Positions 14,367 to 25,500 of a stretch of 64,000 bases of DNA are shown here, piece by piece (position 1 is the first letter of the stretch; the number at the start of each line of letters is the position of its first letter). The DNA lies in assembly GCA_951406725.2 (NCBI GenBank), contig OX597840.1, positions 21,886,001 through 21,950,000 of the forward strand, read 5' to 3'. The translations under genes and the position numbers were made by a program. The DNA comes from Octopus vulgaris. Lineage: Eukaryota. The notes beneath the pieces are model-generated. The model made no database searches. It was not told the origin of the DNA and was given only the letters and a program-made list of their open reading frames with translations.

Positions 14367-14754
14367 GATTGGAGTAAAACAGAAAACAAAGGGGTCTATA
14401 AGTAAAAAAAAATGGTTGAGAACCACAGCCTTAGACACATTTTGTATGGTCACCAGGTAACTAGTTTTGATTGTAGGTCTGACTCAAACCCAAACAATAA
14501 CAGGACTAGCAGACCTCTTATTGCCTATTTTACATGCATGAACTTACCTTATTCATAGGTGTACCCCAGAAATCATTCCAAAAGAGATTTGACAGTGGTA
14601 CATGGGGTCGAAGGTCCTGGTTGTCAATTATGGCTGATAGATCATCAAAAACAAAGCCACATTGCAGAGAGTTGATGTAACAAACAAAAATAATAACTAC
14701 GAGTATTACACTGTATCTGCTGAAGTCCAAGTTGAAAGCCATAGACGCTGCCAT
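1182..14754 (-). CDS. TMTC3: TMTC3, protein O-mannosyltransferase (multi-pass membrane domain plus TPR repeats); 13 coding exons in window, C-terminal exons continue left of position 1
   Basis: Hand-assembled complement(join(14548..14754,13660..13796,12540..12621,11145..11244,10223..10338,8894..9066,7837..8089,6687..6841,6028..6111,4941..5078,2893..3017,2653..2756,1182..1264)), 1757 nt, all introns GT-AG and in phase. Motifs recognised from TMTC3: [92 protein letters not shown]. Confidence 0.96.
2033..2565 (-). mobile_element. Non-autonomous Helitron; a second 3' end at 50989-51156
   Basis: Minus strand starts A|TC and ends CTAG|T, with subterminal hairpin AAAAGTC-GCA..TGC-AGACTTTT; a similar 165 bp recurs at 50989. 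Confidence 0.7.
2653..2756 (-). CDS. TMTC3: TMTC3 coding exon 12 ([35 protein letters not shown])
   Basis: ccccag| and |gtaagt. Confidence 0.95.
2893..3017 (-). CDS. TMTC3: TMTC3 coding exon 11 ([20 protein letters not shown]...FPPVIQ)
   Basis: ttgcag| and |gtaggg. Confidence 0.95.
4222..4567 (-). mobile_element. Third tRNA-derived SINE family; copies at 11290-11630(-), 20585-20930(-), 43900-44490(+, two), 59105-59410(-); related heads at 24822 and 29120
   Basis: CAGTGGTTAGAG..GAGTTCAATTC head, TTCTTGAGCAAG, tail GGTGCAATC(C/G)CATGGTCATTC. Confidence 0.8.
4941..5078 (-). CDS. TMTC3: TMTC3 coding exon 10 ([29 protein letters not shown]...), first TPR
   Basis: ttccag| and |gtaagt. Confidence 0.95.
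6028..6111 (-). CDS. TMTC3: TMTC3 coding exon 9 ([28 protein letters not shown])
   Basis: ttccag| and |gtaagt; KT..RN.DW motif; not in the ORF track. Confidence 0.93.
6687..6841 (-). CDS. TMTC3: TMTC3 coding exon 8 ([36 protein letters not shown]...)
   Basis: ccccag| and |gtgagt. Confidence 0.95.
7480..7720. repeat. 52-bp purine-rich minisatellite in a TMTC3 intron
   Basis: Units start at 7480, 7532, 7584 and about 7635. Confidence 0.85.
7837..8089 (-). CDS. TMTC3: TMTC3 coding exon 7 (FDNPASVS...[13 protein letters not shown]...ARAIIM)
   Basis: tttcag| and |gtacgt; FDNPA and CCDW motifs. Confidence 0.95.
8138..8310 (+). mobile_element. Second tRNA-derived SINE family; copies at about 9150-9480, 10535-10820, 16890-17105, 19670-19860(-), 21507-21615, 45750-45960(-)
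   Basis: GAGCTGGCAGAATCGTTAG..GAGTTCAAATTCC..GGTCAACTTTGCCTTTCA..GGGTCGATAAA; usually follows (TTA)n. Confidence 0.8.
8894..9066 (-). CDS. TMTC3: TMTC3 coding exon 6 (ITPQGILKD...[11 protein letters not shown])
   Basis: ttccag| and |gtaagt; LPVFT motif. Confidence 0.93.
9615..9886. mobile_element. hAT/Charlie-like MITE; related partial copies at about 12985-13140 and 14390-14430
   Basis: TIR CAGTGATTCTCAAC / GTTGAGAATCACAG. Confidence 0.65.
10223..10338 (-). CDS. TMTC3: TMTC3 coding exon 5 (WWFLL...[22 protein letters not shown])
   Basis: ttcag| and |gtaaca; KEQG motif. Confidence 0.95.
11145..11244 (-). CDS. TMTC3: TMTC3 coding exon 4 ([19 protein letters not shown]...)
   Basis: ttgtag| and |gtaagt; phase consistent. 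Confidence 0.95.
11637..12350 (+). mobile_element. Tc1/mariner-superfamily transposon 5' fragment (decayed transposase)
   Basis: [37 protein letters not shown]; contains the first catalytic D motif; frameshifts. Confidence 0.8.
12540..12621 (-). CDS. TMTC3: TMTC3 coding exon 3 (VCCLFL...[11 protein letters not shown])
   Basis: ccacag| and |gtaagt; HPIHTEA motif. Confidence 0.95.
13660..13796 (-). CDS. TMTC3: TMTC3 coding exon 2 ([19 protein letters not shown]...LLMR)
   Basis: ttatag| acceptor, |gtgagg donor, SHKSYRP motif. Confidence 0.95.
14548..14754 (-). CDS. TMTC3: TMTC3 coding exon 1 (MAASMAF...[19 protein letters not shown]...[10 protein letters not shown])
   Basis: ATG in AAC-ATG-G context; donor AAG|gtaagt; upstream acceptor ctcctccag| gives exon start 14815, so an untranslated exon lies further upstream. 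Confidence 0.92.
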
Positions 14755-15459
14755 GTTTGTTGGTGCTGGGTTATTTGAAGAGTGGCATAATGAAGGAGAA
14801 ACACTTTTGGTACACCTGGAGGAGACAACCAACAGATCAGAGTCAGTGTTAATAAATACAGCAGGAAAATATTGTGAATGTGCGATAGTTAACCCTTTAG
14901 CATATCTGGCCCAAATACTCTACCTGATTCATGTTCAAACTGGCCTCTCACACTGACCCTACAATGTCATATGTCCAAAACTATATTATCACATCACTGA
15001 AAGCTTGAACCTATAAGACAGAATTAATGTGAATAAATAAGCATTACATTTGACAGAGGAATCTGAATGCTAAAGAGTTAAACTGGCCAGATCTGGCATC
15101 TCACACCTTCTCTACAATGTCAATCTAAAAATAAACAATCACATCATTGAAATATTGAAGCTATGAGATAATATATAATTAATTCAAAATGTTGTGAAAA
15201 AAGATAAACATTAGATTTGATAAAGTAATCTGAATGCTGAAGGGTCAAATTGGTTTTATGTGACATTACTTTTCATCTTCTGGATAGAACTGAACAAACA
15301 CACTCGCACTCGCTCACTCACGACGGTCGTTATGTACTAAAAACCCAAACACTGTCTTTACAAAAAGAAAGAAAGAAAGAAAAACACACACCGGAAAAGT
15401 TTTCTACAAATTTCATTTTCGCCTTTACACTTTCTATAACAAGCCCACGAGGAAAACTC

Positions 15460-16545
15460 AGAGCGGTCTCTAGGTCTGCTAGAAACAGCAGCCAAGTCTC
15501 CCATAATCCTCATCCAACATACTTGAAGAAAGACACATTAGATAATGTATACATACAGACCCTTAAAAGACAGGATGATCATGTCTGGAATGTCTTTTAT
15601 CATAGGTCACTTCAATAAAGGTTGAACCTAGGCTTAACAACATCAGCAATATTTCTTCTAGAATTTGGACAACTTTTCGAATAAAGTAACCGTTTTCTTT
15701 CATTTCGTGAGAAAAAAAAAACAGAAAACAATAATACAAGCTTCCGAATAACAATTATTTCTTATTAATGTCTATGTACCCAAAACTGTCACGGGAAAGG
15801 AAAAGGTTAACGCGGTTTCTAGGTCTGCTAGAAACAGCAGCCATATCTCCCATAATCCGCACCCGACAGACTTGAATAACGAAAGGACACACTAGACAAT
15901 GTATACATATATATCCCTAAAAGACAGGATAGTCACCTCTGGAACGCTTTTCATCATTGGTCACTTCAATAAAGGTTGAACCTAGGCTTAACAACAACAA
16001 TATTTCTTCTAAAATTTAGACAACTTTGCGAATAACGTAAAGTGTTTTCTTTCATTTCGCGAGCAAAAAAAAAAAAAAGAAAGAAAGAAAACTATAACTG
16101 TAAAGTCGTTAAAATTCCGAGTAATAATTACTTTTTCCCTTCTTAGCAATGTCAATGTACCCAAAATGTCATGGGAAAATGAAGGGTTAACGAGGTTTAA
16201 GTCTGCTAGAAACAGCAGCCATATCTCCCATAACCCGCACTCGACAGACTTGAATAAGGAAAGGACACATTAGACAATGTACACATACATATCCCTAAAA
16301 GACAGGATGGTCACGGTTGGAATGCCTTTCATCATAGGTCACTTGAATCAACAATATTTCTAGAATTTGGACAACTTTTCGAACAACGTAAATTGTTTCC
16401 TTTCATTCCGTTTCGTGTTTTCATTTCGTAAGAAAAAAAAGAAAATTAAATAACTGCAAAGTTGTTAACATTCCGAAGGAATAATTACTTCTTATCAATG
16501 TCAATGTACCCAAAACTGTCACGGGAAAGGGAAAGGGTCAATGAA
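15460..16545. repeat. Tandem triplication of a roughly 350-380-bp unit
   Basis: gtctgctagaaacagcagcc...aaaagacaggat...aatgtc(t/a)atgtacccaaaa occurs three times. Confidence 0.85.
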
Positions 16546-16759
16546 CGAGGTGGGGGCCACCCGGTACCCCCAAGGAATCAATTAAAGGGTACGGTCAGCG
16601 GCACCCCGGCTAAAAATGACGAGATTACTGTATTATCCCTAAATCATTAGAAAGCTATGGCTTGACAGAGAAGGGTGTCGTTGAACGGGGCAGAAATCTA
16701 CGAAATGTAAAACGATGACAACAAAAATAAACAAAAGCGGAGAGAAAATCCCAACTTAC

Positions 16760-16830
16760 GCTTTCAAACTTCCATATTGCCTAAGTTCACTACAGAGCTG
16801 TTCAATTTATTCAACACCGTATTTTAACTT
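16760..16830 (-). other. Candidate untranslated first exon / TSS region of TMTC3
   Basis: Minus-strand donor AGC|gtaagt at 16759-16754 beside a locally CpG-richer unique stretch; the first coding exon has an acceptor and so needs an upstream exon. Upstream boundary is a guess. Confidence 0.35.
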
Positions 16831-18488
16831 CAGAACTGCCTCTCTTGTTTCTTTTTTTTTTTTTTTAATATATCATGCATTGTTTATTTAAGGGCGGCGA
16901 ACTGGCAGAATTGTTAGGGCATTGCACTAATGCTTAGCAGCATTTCTTCCGGCTTTACGTTCTGACTTCAAATTTCGCTGAGGTCAACTTGGCCTTTCAT
17001 CCTTTCGGTGGGGTGGGGGTTAATGAAATAAGTACAAGTTGATCACTGGTATCAATGTAATCGAATTCCTCCTTAAAATTCCTGGCTTTGTGCCTATAGT
17101 AGAAAGAATTATTTATTCTTTTAAATTTAGAGTTTTCCTAAATTTTAGTTTCGTATCTCCTAATGCCAATCTTCATAAAATTAAGTTAAAACTTCATTTT
17201 CTGTTTAATAATTCTCAAACTGAATTCACAACGACAGGTTTTTTTAAAATTATTTCGTTACTATTTCTTGAAAATAAAGTAGAATAAAAACCGGCTTGAC
17301 AAGTTGCTTCTGCAAATATTTGAAAACGAGTATTTGTCGAAGACAAAAAGAAAAATAACCTGTCTCTTTTCCTTCTAAATTTTTTCTCAATTTATAAGTA
17401 GTAATAGTTGAAGCTTCCAGGTCACCTGTCAAACATACACGCATCTCCCCCTCATCTGTCTACACACATGTAGAGGGGGGTTGAGCATTTTATGCTCACA
17501 AGGAAAACAAATGACATAACTCGTGAGAAATTTGCAAGCAGTTCTAAGCAAATACATAAATCAGTTTAATCATGGCAGTCTCAGCAATTGTCTTAACCGT
17601 TCGTGAATGCATTTTTTTTAAACGTGAAGGAGTTAAAATAAGAAAATTAGCGATGTAGAAGGGAATAGGCAGATGAAAGACAAAAGTTTCACTCTATAAT
17701 TAACAGTCTTCACTAATTTATGAAAGCTTTAATTAAAAAAAAGAAAAGAAAAAGTGAGAGAAATGTGAAGCTGGAGGAAATTGGTTTCCTCAACAGTATA
17801 TAATGGAAAGAAGGATCTTATGATACTTTGGGGATATCTTCTTCTGTTATAATTATTCTGTTGATTCAAGAAGCTGGAAATACGAAGAATGAAGTTCTCA
17901 GGCGGAGTAAATTCAATAACCGTTTATTTAGCTAGAGCTCTCATAGTCATTAGAAATGCTGGGCCTCCCTATTACTGAGGGTGTCCCTAGGTGAGGACAC
18001 ATCCTTAGCTCGGACCACGTCCCAAAGAATGGCCCTTCTCGTTAGGACCAGAAGATATTTCAGCCTACCCAATGGCTGCTGTCTCTTTACAAGGCTCAGG
18101 TGAGGTCCTCAGTGGAGTGGTGCTCTCACATTTGGGACGCTGCATCTGTCATATAAACAGACATTCAGATCACACCTAGAGAAGGACTACTCGGCTGATT
18201 AGCTCTCCATCATTAATGGACATACTCCAACTTCTCACAGGCATGATGTCTCCTCTCCCTGTTTATATATATGTATATATATATAGTCAATCAGTCAGTC
18301 GGTTAGTTAGTTTGTCCATCCTCCCGGACGCTTCAATGATTTCATGCGATCACGCCATCTATCAGTCCCCCACGAATGTTCTTAATTCAACATTCACCAT
18401 TCCATTGTCCTGAAGCAAATTGTCTTCATGGGCCAGACGTTTGCTTCTCCTGTTAATGGAAATGCAAGGATCATAGATAAAGCCCATG

Positions 18489-18741
18489 AACTTCGTATAC
18501 TGGTAGAATGTGTCAAAATAAAACATTTTTTGGATTTTTTCCTTTTGAACGGCAGTTTTCAACACAATTTCTAGTTAACTAAAAAGTGTTTAGTTAATTA
18601 GAAATTGTTGAAAACTGCCGTTCAAAAGGAAAAGATGCAAAAAATGTTTTATTTTGACACATTCTACCAGTATACGAAGTTTAAAAGTGTTTAGTTAACT
18701 AGAAATTGTGTTGAAAACTGCCGTTCAAAAGGAAAAGATCC
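18489..18741. repeat. About 93-bp inverted repeat plus a partial direct third copy
   Basis: Arms 18489-18583 and 18589-18681; the right-arm unit restarts at 18683. Confidence 0.9.
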
Positions 18742-19611
18742 CCCATGAATCCTTGCAGGATCCAAGAAAAATAAAGACTAGCTTGATTGAGCCGCCACTG
18801 AGACTGAAAAGTTAAGTACGGCAGCTGAGGACATAGAAGCTACAGATTGATTGGCCAGCAGCCGTTAATAAATGCCTCCTTCGTCCATTATGTCTGTCTC
18901 GTCACCTCTCCCCTTCCCCCTCCCCCTTCCTCATTTCCTCAACTATCGCCAGGTGCGTCAGGGATTGCAGACTTGCACCGAGTAACACTTAGAGAAAGGG
19001 TGGAAACCAAAATGACTGTTTGCTCGGTTAAATGTCTTGAAGTCTTCCAGCAGACGTTTATTAAATAGACCCAAATATGGCTGGCTCTGCGGTTGTTAAG
19101 AAGCTCACTTTGTAACCATGTGGTGTCGGCTTCTGTCCCACTGCGCGGCACCTTGGGCAATTGCCTTCTACCACAGACATGGGCCCAAGAATTTGTGAGT
19201 GAATTAGGGAGACGAAACCGTGTGGAAGCCCGTCATTTGTGTATGAGTATATGTGTCTGTGTGAGTGCGCGCGTACCTATGTGAGTGTGTGTGTGTGTGA
19301 GTGCGCGAGTCACTGTGTGTGTGTGTGAGTGCGCGCGCACTCACATAGGTGCGTGCACCTGTGTGTGTATGTGTGTGTGACCAACAATCGATTGACAACT
19401 GGTTTTAGTTTATTTACATCCTCGTAACACGGCGGTTCAGCAAAAGAGACCGAAAGAATAAGTACCAGACTCCCCCTCCCCCCAAAAAAGTACAGGGGAC
19501 GATTAATTCAACTATAACCTTTCAATGTGGTGCCCCAGCATGGCCACATTCTAATGACCGAAGCAAATAATAAATAAGCGATAAAAATAGTCATAACAGT
19601 ACATACACACG

Positions 19612-19656
<45 letters not shown>

Positions 19657-19859
19657 CACTTTCTGCTATCGGCACCAGGCCTGCAATTTGAGAGGAGGGG
19701 GTTAATCGATTACATCGACTCCAGTGTTACACTGGTGCTCATTTACCCACGAAAGGATGAAAACCAAAGTCGACGTCGGCGGGATTTGAACTCGGAACGT
19801 AAAGACGGATGAAAAGCAGTTTGTCCGGCGTTGCAAACGATTCTGCCAGTTCCTCGCTG

Positions 19860-20090
19860 CCTCGCATGCACGCGCACGCGCACTCTTGCAAGACGTACGA
19901 CGGAACACAGACTCGAGACCGTGCAACAAAACTCCAAGACAGAACCATAATGGAGCGCCGGCGTTAGAAGTTTGTAATTCCCTAGCAACTGTAACCATGG
20001 TGAGCGGCGGCAGGCTGACTGCTTTGCCAACCAAGAACACGGTTGAATATTTTTATGTTTGACAGAAGCCAATGTCCACAGCAATGACAG
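19860..20090 (+). promoter_or_regulatory. Candidate ZSWIM2 promoter / 5' UTR exon with RFX X-box-like sites
   Basis: CpG-rich patch; ATTCCCTAGCAAC (19977-19989) and GTAACCATGGTGAG (19991-20004) resemble X-boxes; possible donors at 20000 (gtgagc) and 20091 (gtaaat). Confidence 0.4.
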
Positions 20091-21300
20091 GTAAATTGTG
20101 CAGAGATATTTTGATGGTGTGTGAGATTGTTTTGAGTTTCATGAAAGCCCGTAAAGATATATACGTACATAAACACACATACACGGACATATTTGCACAC
20201 ACACACACACACATGTTGTTACCCAAAGCCACAATTATGTCTGTCTTAGTCACTGACTGGTCTAATTGAACGAAACGATCTCACCCTTTCTTTTTAAATG
20301 TCTGACTACTTATTTTATCGGTGCCTTTCAACCAAATCGCTAAGTTACAGGGATGTAAACAAACTAACAGCAGTTGTCAAACAGCAGGGAGGGGTGGGGC
20401 GACAAACACACACACACACATAGGATGGGCTTCCACATAGTTTCCATTTACTAAATTCTTTCACAGTTCATTGGTCAACCCATGGCTCTAGTAGAAGGTG
20501 CTGTGCAGTGGGAATGAACCTGGAATCACATGGTGGCAAAGTGAGCTTCTTCATTACACAGCCATGCCTGCACCTGGACGTCTAAGGTAAAGTAAAGACC
20601 CCCCTTTGGTCATGAGTGACAATGGGATTGCACCTTGACAGTTCCCCTCCAAGGCACAAGTCTGGGCAAGGTTGTTTATGGAAGGCTAGCAGTCACCCAT
20701 GCATACCAGCCTCTCTTCTCCACACCACCGATGTTATCCAAGGGAAAAGCAAAGACTGATACAGCTTGGCACCAGTGACATTGCAACTCATGTCTCCAGA
20801 TGAGTGAACTGGAGCAACATTAAATAAAGTATCTTGCTTAAGAACACAACACACAACCTAGTCTAGGAATCAAACTCACTACCTTGTGATTGTGAGCCTG
20901 ACCCTCTAACCACTGAGCCACACACTTTCACATTCAAAATATAAACAATAATAAACCATAAAATAAAATTTTAGTTTTTAAGATGAAACAAAACTAAACA
21001 GTAAGATGGAAAATAATGTTTATTTTTGCATATTTCCACTTAATTTTGGAAAAGTCTTCTCTCGTTATATTTAATTACAAAGTCTTTGATCAGATCCTCA
21101 CCATGACAGCACAAACACTTCAAAACTATTTTTAGTCATATAAACCACTTTGTATATTATTTTACAAAGTTTAAAAGTGATTTCTTTTGTGCCATAAACC
21201 ATTTACCATTTCTGTGGTATCTCGCTTCCTTTGATGCCCTGAACACATCCTTGTTTTGCTCAATGGTTAATCCAGCGATTCTTTGTCTTGCAGTATTGAG

Positions 21301-21450
21301 ATGAACAGTGAAGAATGTTATCAAAAAACATGCAGTGAAGTTGTCAATAGCAACCAGCTTCTATCACTCTCAGCCAAAATCTACATCTTAAGAACGTTTG
21401 GACCTCTCGCATTTTTGTTGAAGGAAGATGGGGAAGAGAAGAATTTCAAG
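21301..21450 (+). CDS. ZSWIM2: ZSWIM2 coding exon 1 (MNSEEC...IYILRTFGPLAFLLKEDGEEKNFK)
   Basis: Acceptor ttgcag| at 21293, ATG at 21301, donor AAG|gtaagc; GP..FLL.E motif. Confidence 0.9.
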
Positions 21451-22402
21451 GTAAGCTACTAACACATACCAACCACCCAAGTTATTATTATTATTATTAA
21501 TGTTATTAAGGCAGTAAGCTGATAGAATTGTTAGGATGCTGAGCGAAATGCTTCGTAGTATTTTGATAATTGCTGTGTTCTGAGTTCAAATTCCACCGAG
21601 GTCAACTTTGCCCTTATTATCTACTCTTTACTCTCTTTTACTTGTTTCAGTCATTTGACTGCGGCCATGCTGGAGCACCGCCTTTAGTCGAGCAAATCGA
21701 CCCCGGGACTTATTCTTTGTAAGCCCAGTACTTATTCTATCGGTCTCTTTTGCCGAACCGCTAAGTGACGGGGATGTAAACACACCAGCATCGGTTGTCA
21801 AGCAATGCTAGGGGGACAAACACACAAACACAAAGATACACATATATATATATATACATATATATAACAGGCTTCTTTCAGTTTCCATCTACCAAATCCA
21901 CTCATAAGGCATTGGTCGGCCTGGGGCTATAGCAGAAGACACTTGCCCAAGATGCCACGCAGTGGGACTGAACCCGGAACCATGTGGTTGGTTAGCAAGC
22001 TACTTACCACACAGCCACTCCTGCGCCTATCTAGTGAGCGATATTTCGATATCTTGTGTATCTTCAACTGGTTCAAAAAATAAATTTGTCAATCTACTTC
22101 ATTTTGGTTAATTTAGGAAGGATTGAGGTGAGATATAAAGTATGGATGTATGAAGACTCCCCCTGAAGATATAAAGTATGGATGTATGAATGCCATAAGG
22201 TGTCATTGTCATTGTCAATCTATTTAACTTCTGTCAGACGTTCCTGGGCCGGAAGCACTGCTGTTCTTGTAGTCTGTTCCTGAGAACCAAAGAACTCTGC
22301 AGGCACATCTGCTGGCTCCTCCTCAAGAAGTTCCGCCTCACCATGAAAGATCCACGTAAATATGATCTGTTGTTAATTTATACACACCTGTGCATGCATA
22401 AC

Positions 22403-22444
<42 letters not shown>

Positions 22445-22536
22445 TGTGTGTGCATCTATCTACACACACACATGCATATATATATATATACATACACACA
22501 CACACATATATATATTATATATTATATATATATGTG

Positions 22537-22572
<36 letters not shown>

Positions 22573-25500
22573 AAATTCATTTATGTCAATGTTTTGGTTA
22601 TGCAGATGAAGCTCCTATCCCATTATGCCAGCCACCATCTAATGCTGCTGACTGGGAAACCAGTTTTTTGGAGTTGCATCATGATTATACCAATATAATA
22701 TAGGATAAATATAATAATAACAACAATAATCCTAGAATGGAATTATAAACATCACACACAGCAATGCATTAAATGTTTATAAATTCCATCTTAGAATTAT
22801 TGTTATTATTATATATACTTGTAGAAAGGCCTCCCACCAGGCAGTTTTCTACTTGTCCCTTGATAATATTTTCACATTTGATTCCCAGTTCTAATCATTA
22901 TTATATTTTATGTCTAATTATTTATTTGTAAAATAGTGCCCACTCGCTTAGTAAATATTGCTTTCATTATTTTATCACAGTCATAATCGCCCTGTTTTAA
23001 ACAAACATCACGGTAGTCCAACAAAAGAGGGAGAAGCAGTTTGTCAAGTTTTACCTTCCCCTCAAAACAACATAGAGCATCTTTGTATGAAAAAAAATTT
23101 TTAAACTCTTTTTTTTACACCCCACTTCATTCCACTCTGGACCTATTTTGGCCAATTTTTTTGCATTTCTTGATGTCCAAATTGATTTCTTCTTTCAACA
23201 TTTTTGGTTGCAGTGAGTTGGCAGAAAGGACTGTCAGAAAGAGAAATTGATGACTTACTTGCCAAATCAGCAAGCGATGCCGCTGCCAACAAGACACAGG
23301 CGAACGCAGAGCAGTCAACAGAATCAGTGCCTCCAGCAGATGGCGCTGAACTCAACACTGTCCCCCAGAGAAAAATTGATGAAGATTCTGTTTGTCCAAT
23401 ATGTTTGGACAATTTACTCAAGTCTCACCTGCCTGTCACATACTGCAGGTAAGTAGTAGTAGTAGTAGTAGTAGTAGTAGCAGCAGCAGCAGCAGCAGCA
23501 GCATTTGTTGTTTATCCTCTTCAGGTCCAAACATAATTGAACAGATGAAAAGAAGGTCTTCCAGATATGACCACCCAACCTTTTCATCAGGAACTACATG
23601 ATAGAAAGTGTCCTTCTTTTCTGAGATGGTGAAAGTGTGATTTGAGAGAGATTTGAACTCACACAGCCAATCATTGGTTCTTTTATCTTTTATCTTCTAT
23701 CTTTTACCAGTTTCAGTCATTAGACTGCGGCCATGCTGGGGCACCACTTTGAATTTTTAGATGAACGAATCAACCCCAGTAATATTTTTGTTTTTTAAGC
23801 CTGGTACTTATTCCATTGGTCTTTTGCCAAACTGTTAAGTTACGGGGATGTAAACATACCAACACCGGTTGTCAGTTGGTGGTGGTGGACAAACATATAT
23901 ACACACACACATGCACACATGCATATTCAATGGGCTTCTTTCAGTTTCCATCTACCAAATCCCCTCCCAAGGCTCTTGCCCAAGGTGCCATGCAGTGGGA
24001 TTGAACTCAGAACCATGTGGCTGGGAAGCAAGCTTCTTACCACGTAGCCATTTATAGTGTTTAGAGTATGATATGAGGTAAATTTAGCTGCTATTTTTTT
24101 TGCAGGCTGAGTAACTGCATAGACGCTCCTGGTTGGCTTATACCATCGTGTGTGTGAGTGTGTGTGTGAGTGTGTGTGTGAGTGTTTGTGTGAGTGTGTG
24201 TGTGTATAGGAATGTATGATACACGTACAAACATGCATGCACACACACATTCATGCATGCACATATGCACATGCACACACACACACTCACACATACACAC
24301 ATATATGTGATTCAGACAGAGGGCTTTTGTGTGCTCGGTTGACCTATTAGATATAATAGCCAAATTTGCTTTCACAGCTGTGTTGCCTGCCTGACATGGT
24401 TGTCCCACAATGATGAAGACACAACAATTTGGCAAGGTCAACACTCCACCTCCCAGGCTCTAACAAAGGATGTAATTACAAGGGTGACGAATGGATCATG
24501 ACTGCCTCAGCCTGCGCTTCTATTACTGTCTGCCCTCACAACTAAACAGACTCCAGGATGGCAGTAATGTAGTGTTTGCAGACGTATATATATATATATA
24601 TAAATAAATTAGAAAATGGAGAAACACATTAGTTGGTTTATCAGCTTTAGGATATAAGAATGTTGTCTTATTTAATTAACAAAACTACAACCATAATAAC
24701 ATATATACATACAGGATAGAATTCAATACATTTAAGATAACAATATATATATAGTATACTAGCCATCTCAGTATGGCTAACCACTAGGGGTGGGTGTTAC
24801 TGTAGCTTATATATATATGTGTGGAGGCGCAATAGCCCAGTGGTTAGGGTAGCAGACTCATGGTTGGAGGATCGCGGTTTCGATTTCCTGACCGGGCGTT
24901 GTGTGTGTTTATTGAGCGAAAACGCCTAAAAGCTCCACGAGGCTCCGGCAGGGGGTGGTGGTGACCCCTGTTGTACTCTTTCGCCACAACTTTCTCTCAC
25001 TCTTTCTTCCTGTTTCTTGGGTAACACTGCGATGGACTGGTGTCCCGTCCAGCTGGGGTGATCACATATGCCACAGAAACTGGGAAACTGGGCACATGAG
25101 ACTGGCTAGGCTTCAAAAGGGTGATGTATATATATATGTGTGTGTGTGTCTACATGCCTGTGTATGTGTCTACGTGTCTTTATACATACACACCATAAAT
25201 ACAGATGCATTTTCTTTCTGTTTTCCTTTTCGCTTCTTCTTCTTCTTCTTCCAGATATGGTTGTGGTAACAACATCCACATAAAATGCATGAAAATCCAT
25301 GCTGAGCACCAGACAACCACAGGCTCTGAGGAGAAAGATACTGTGATGTGCCCCATGTGCCGCGGGGTTTTTGTTAGCCTTGAGAAACTGAAGATAGAGG
25401 AGCGCAACTCAATGAGTGGCGTTGCCTTCCCCGTGAAACACTACCATTACGGATTAGAGTGCTCAACCTGCCATCTGAAGCCAATTATTGGAAACTGCTA

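Noticed and set aside
24822-24900. tRNA gene
   Set aside because: A and B boxes are present but there is no closed cloverleaf and it continues into a SINE body
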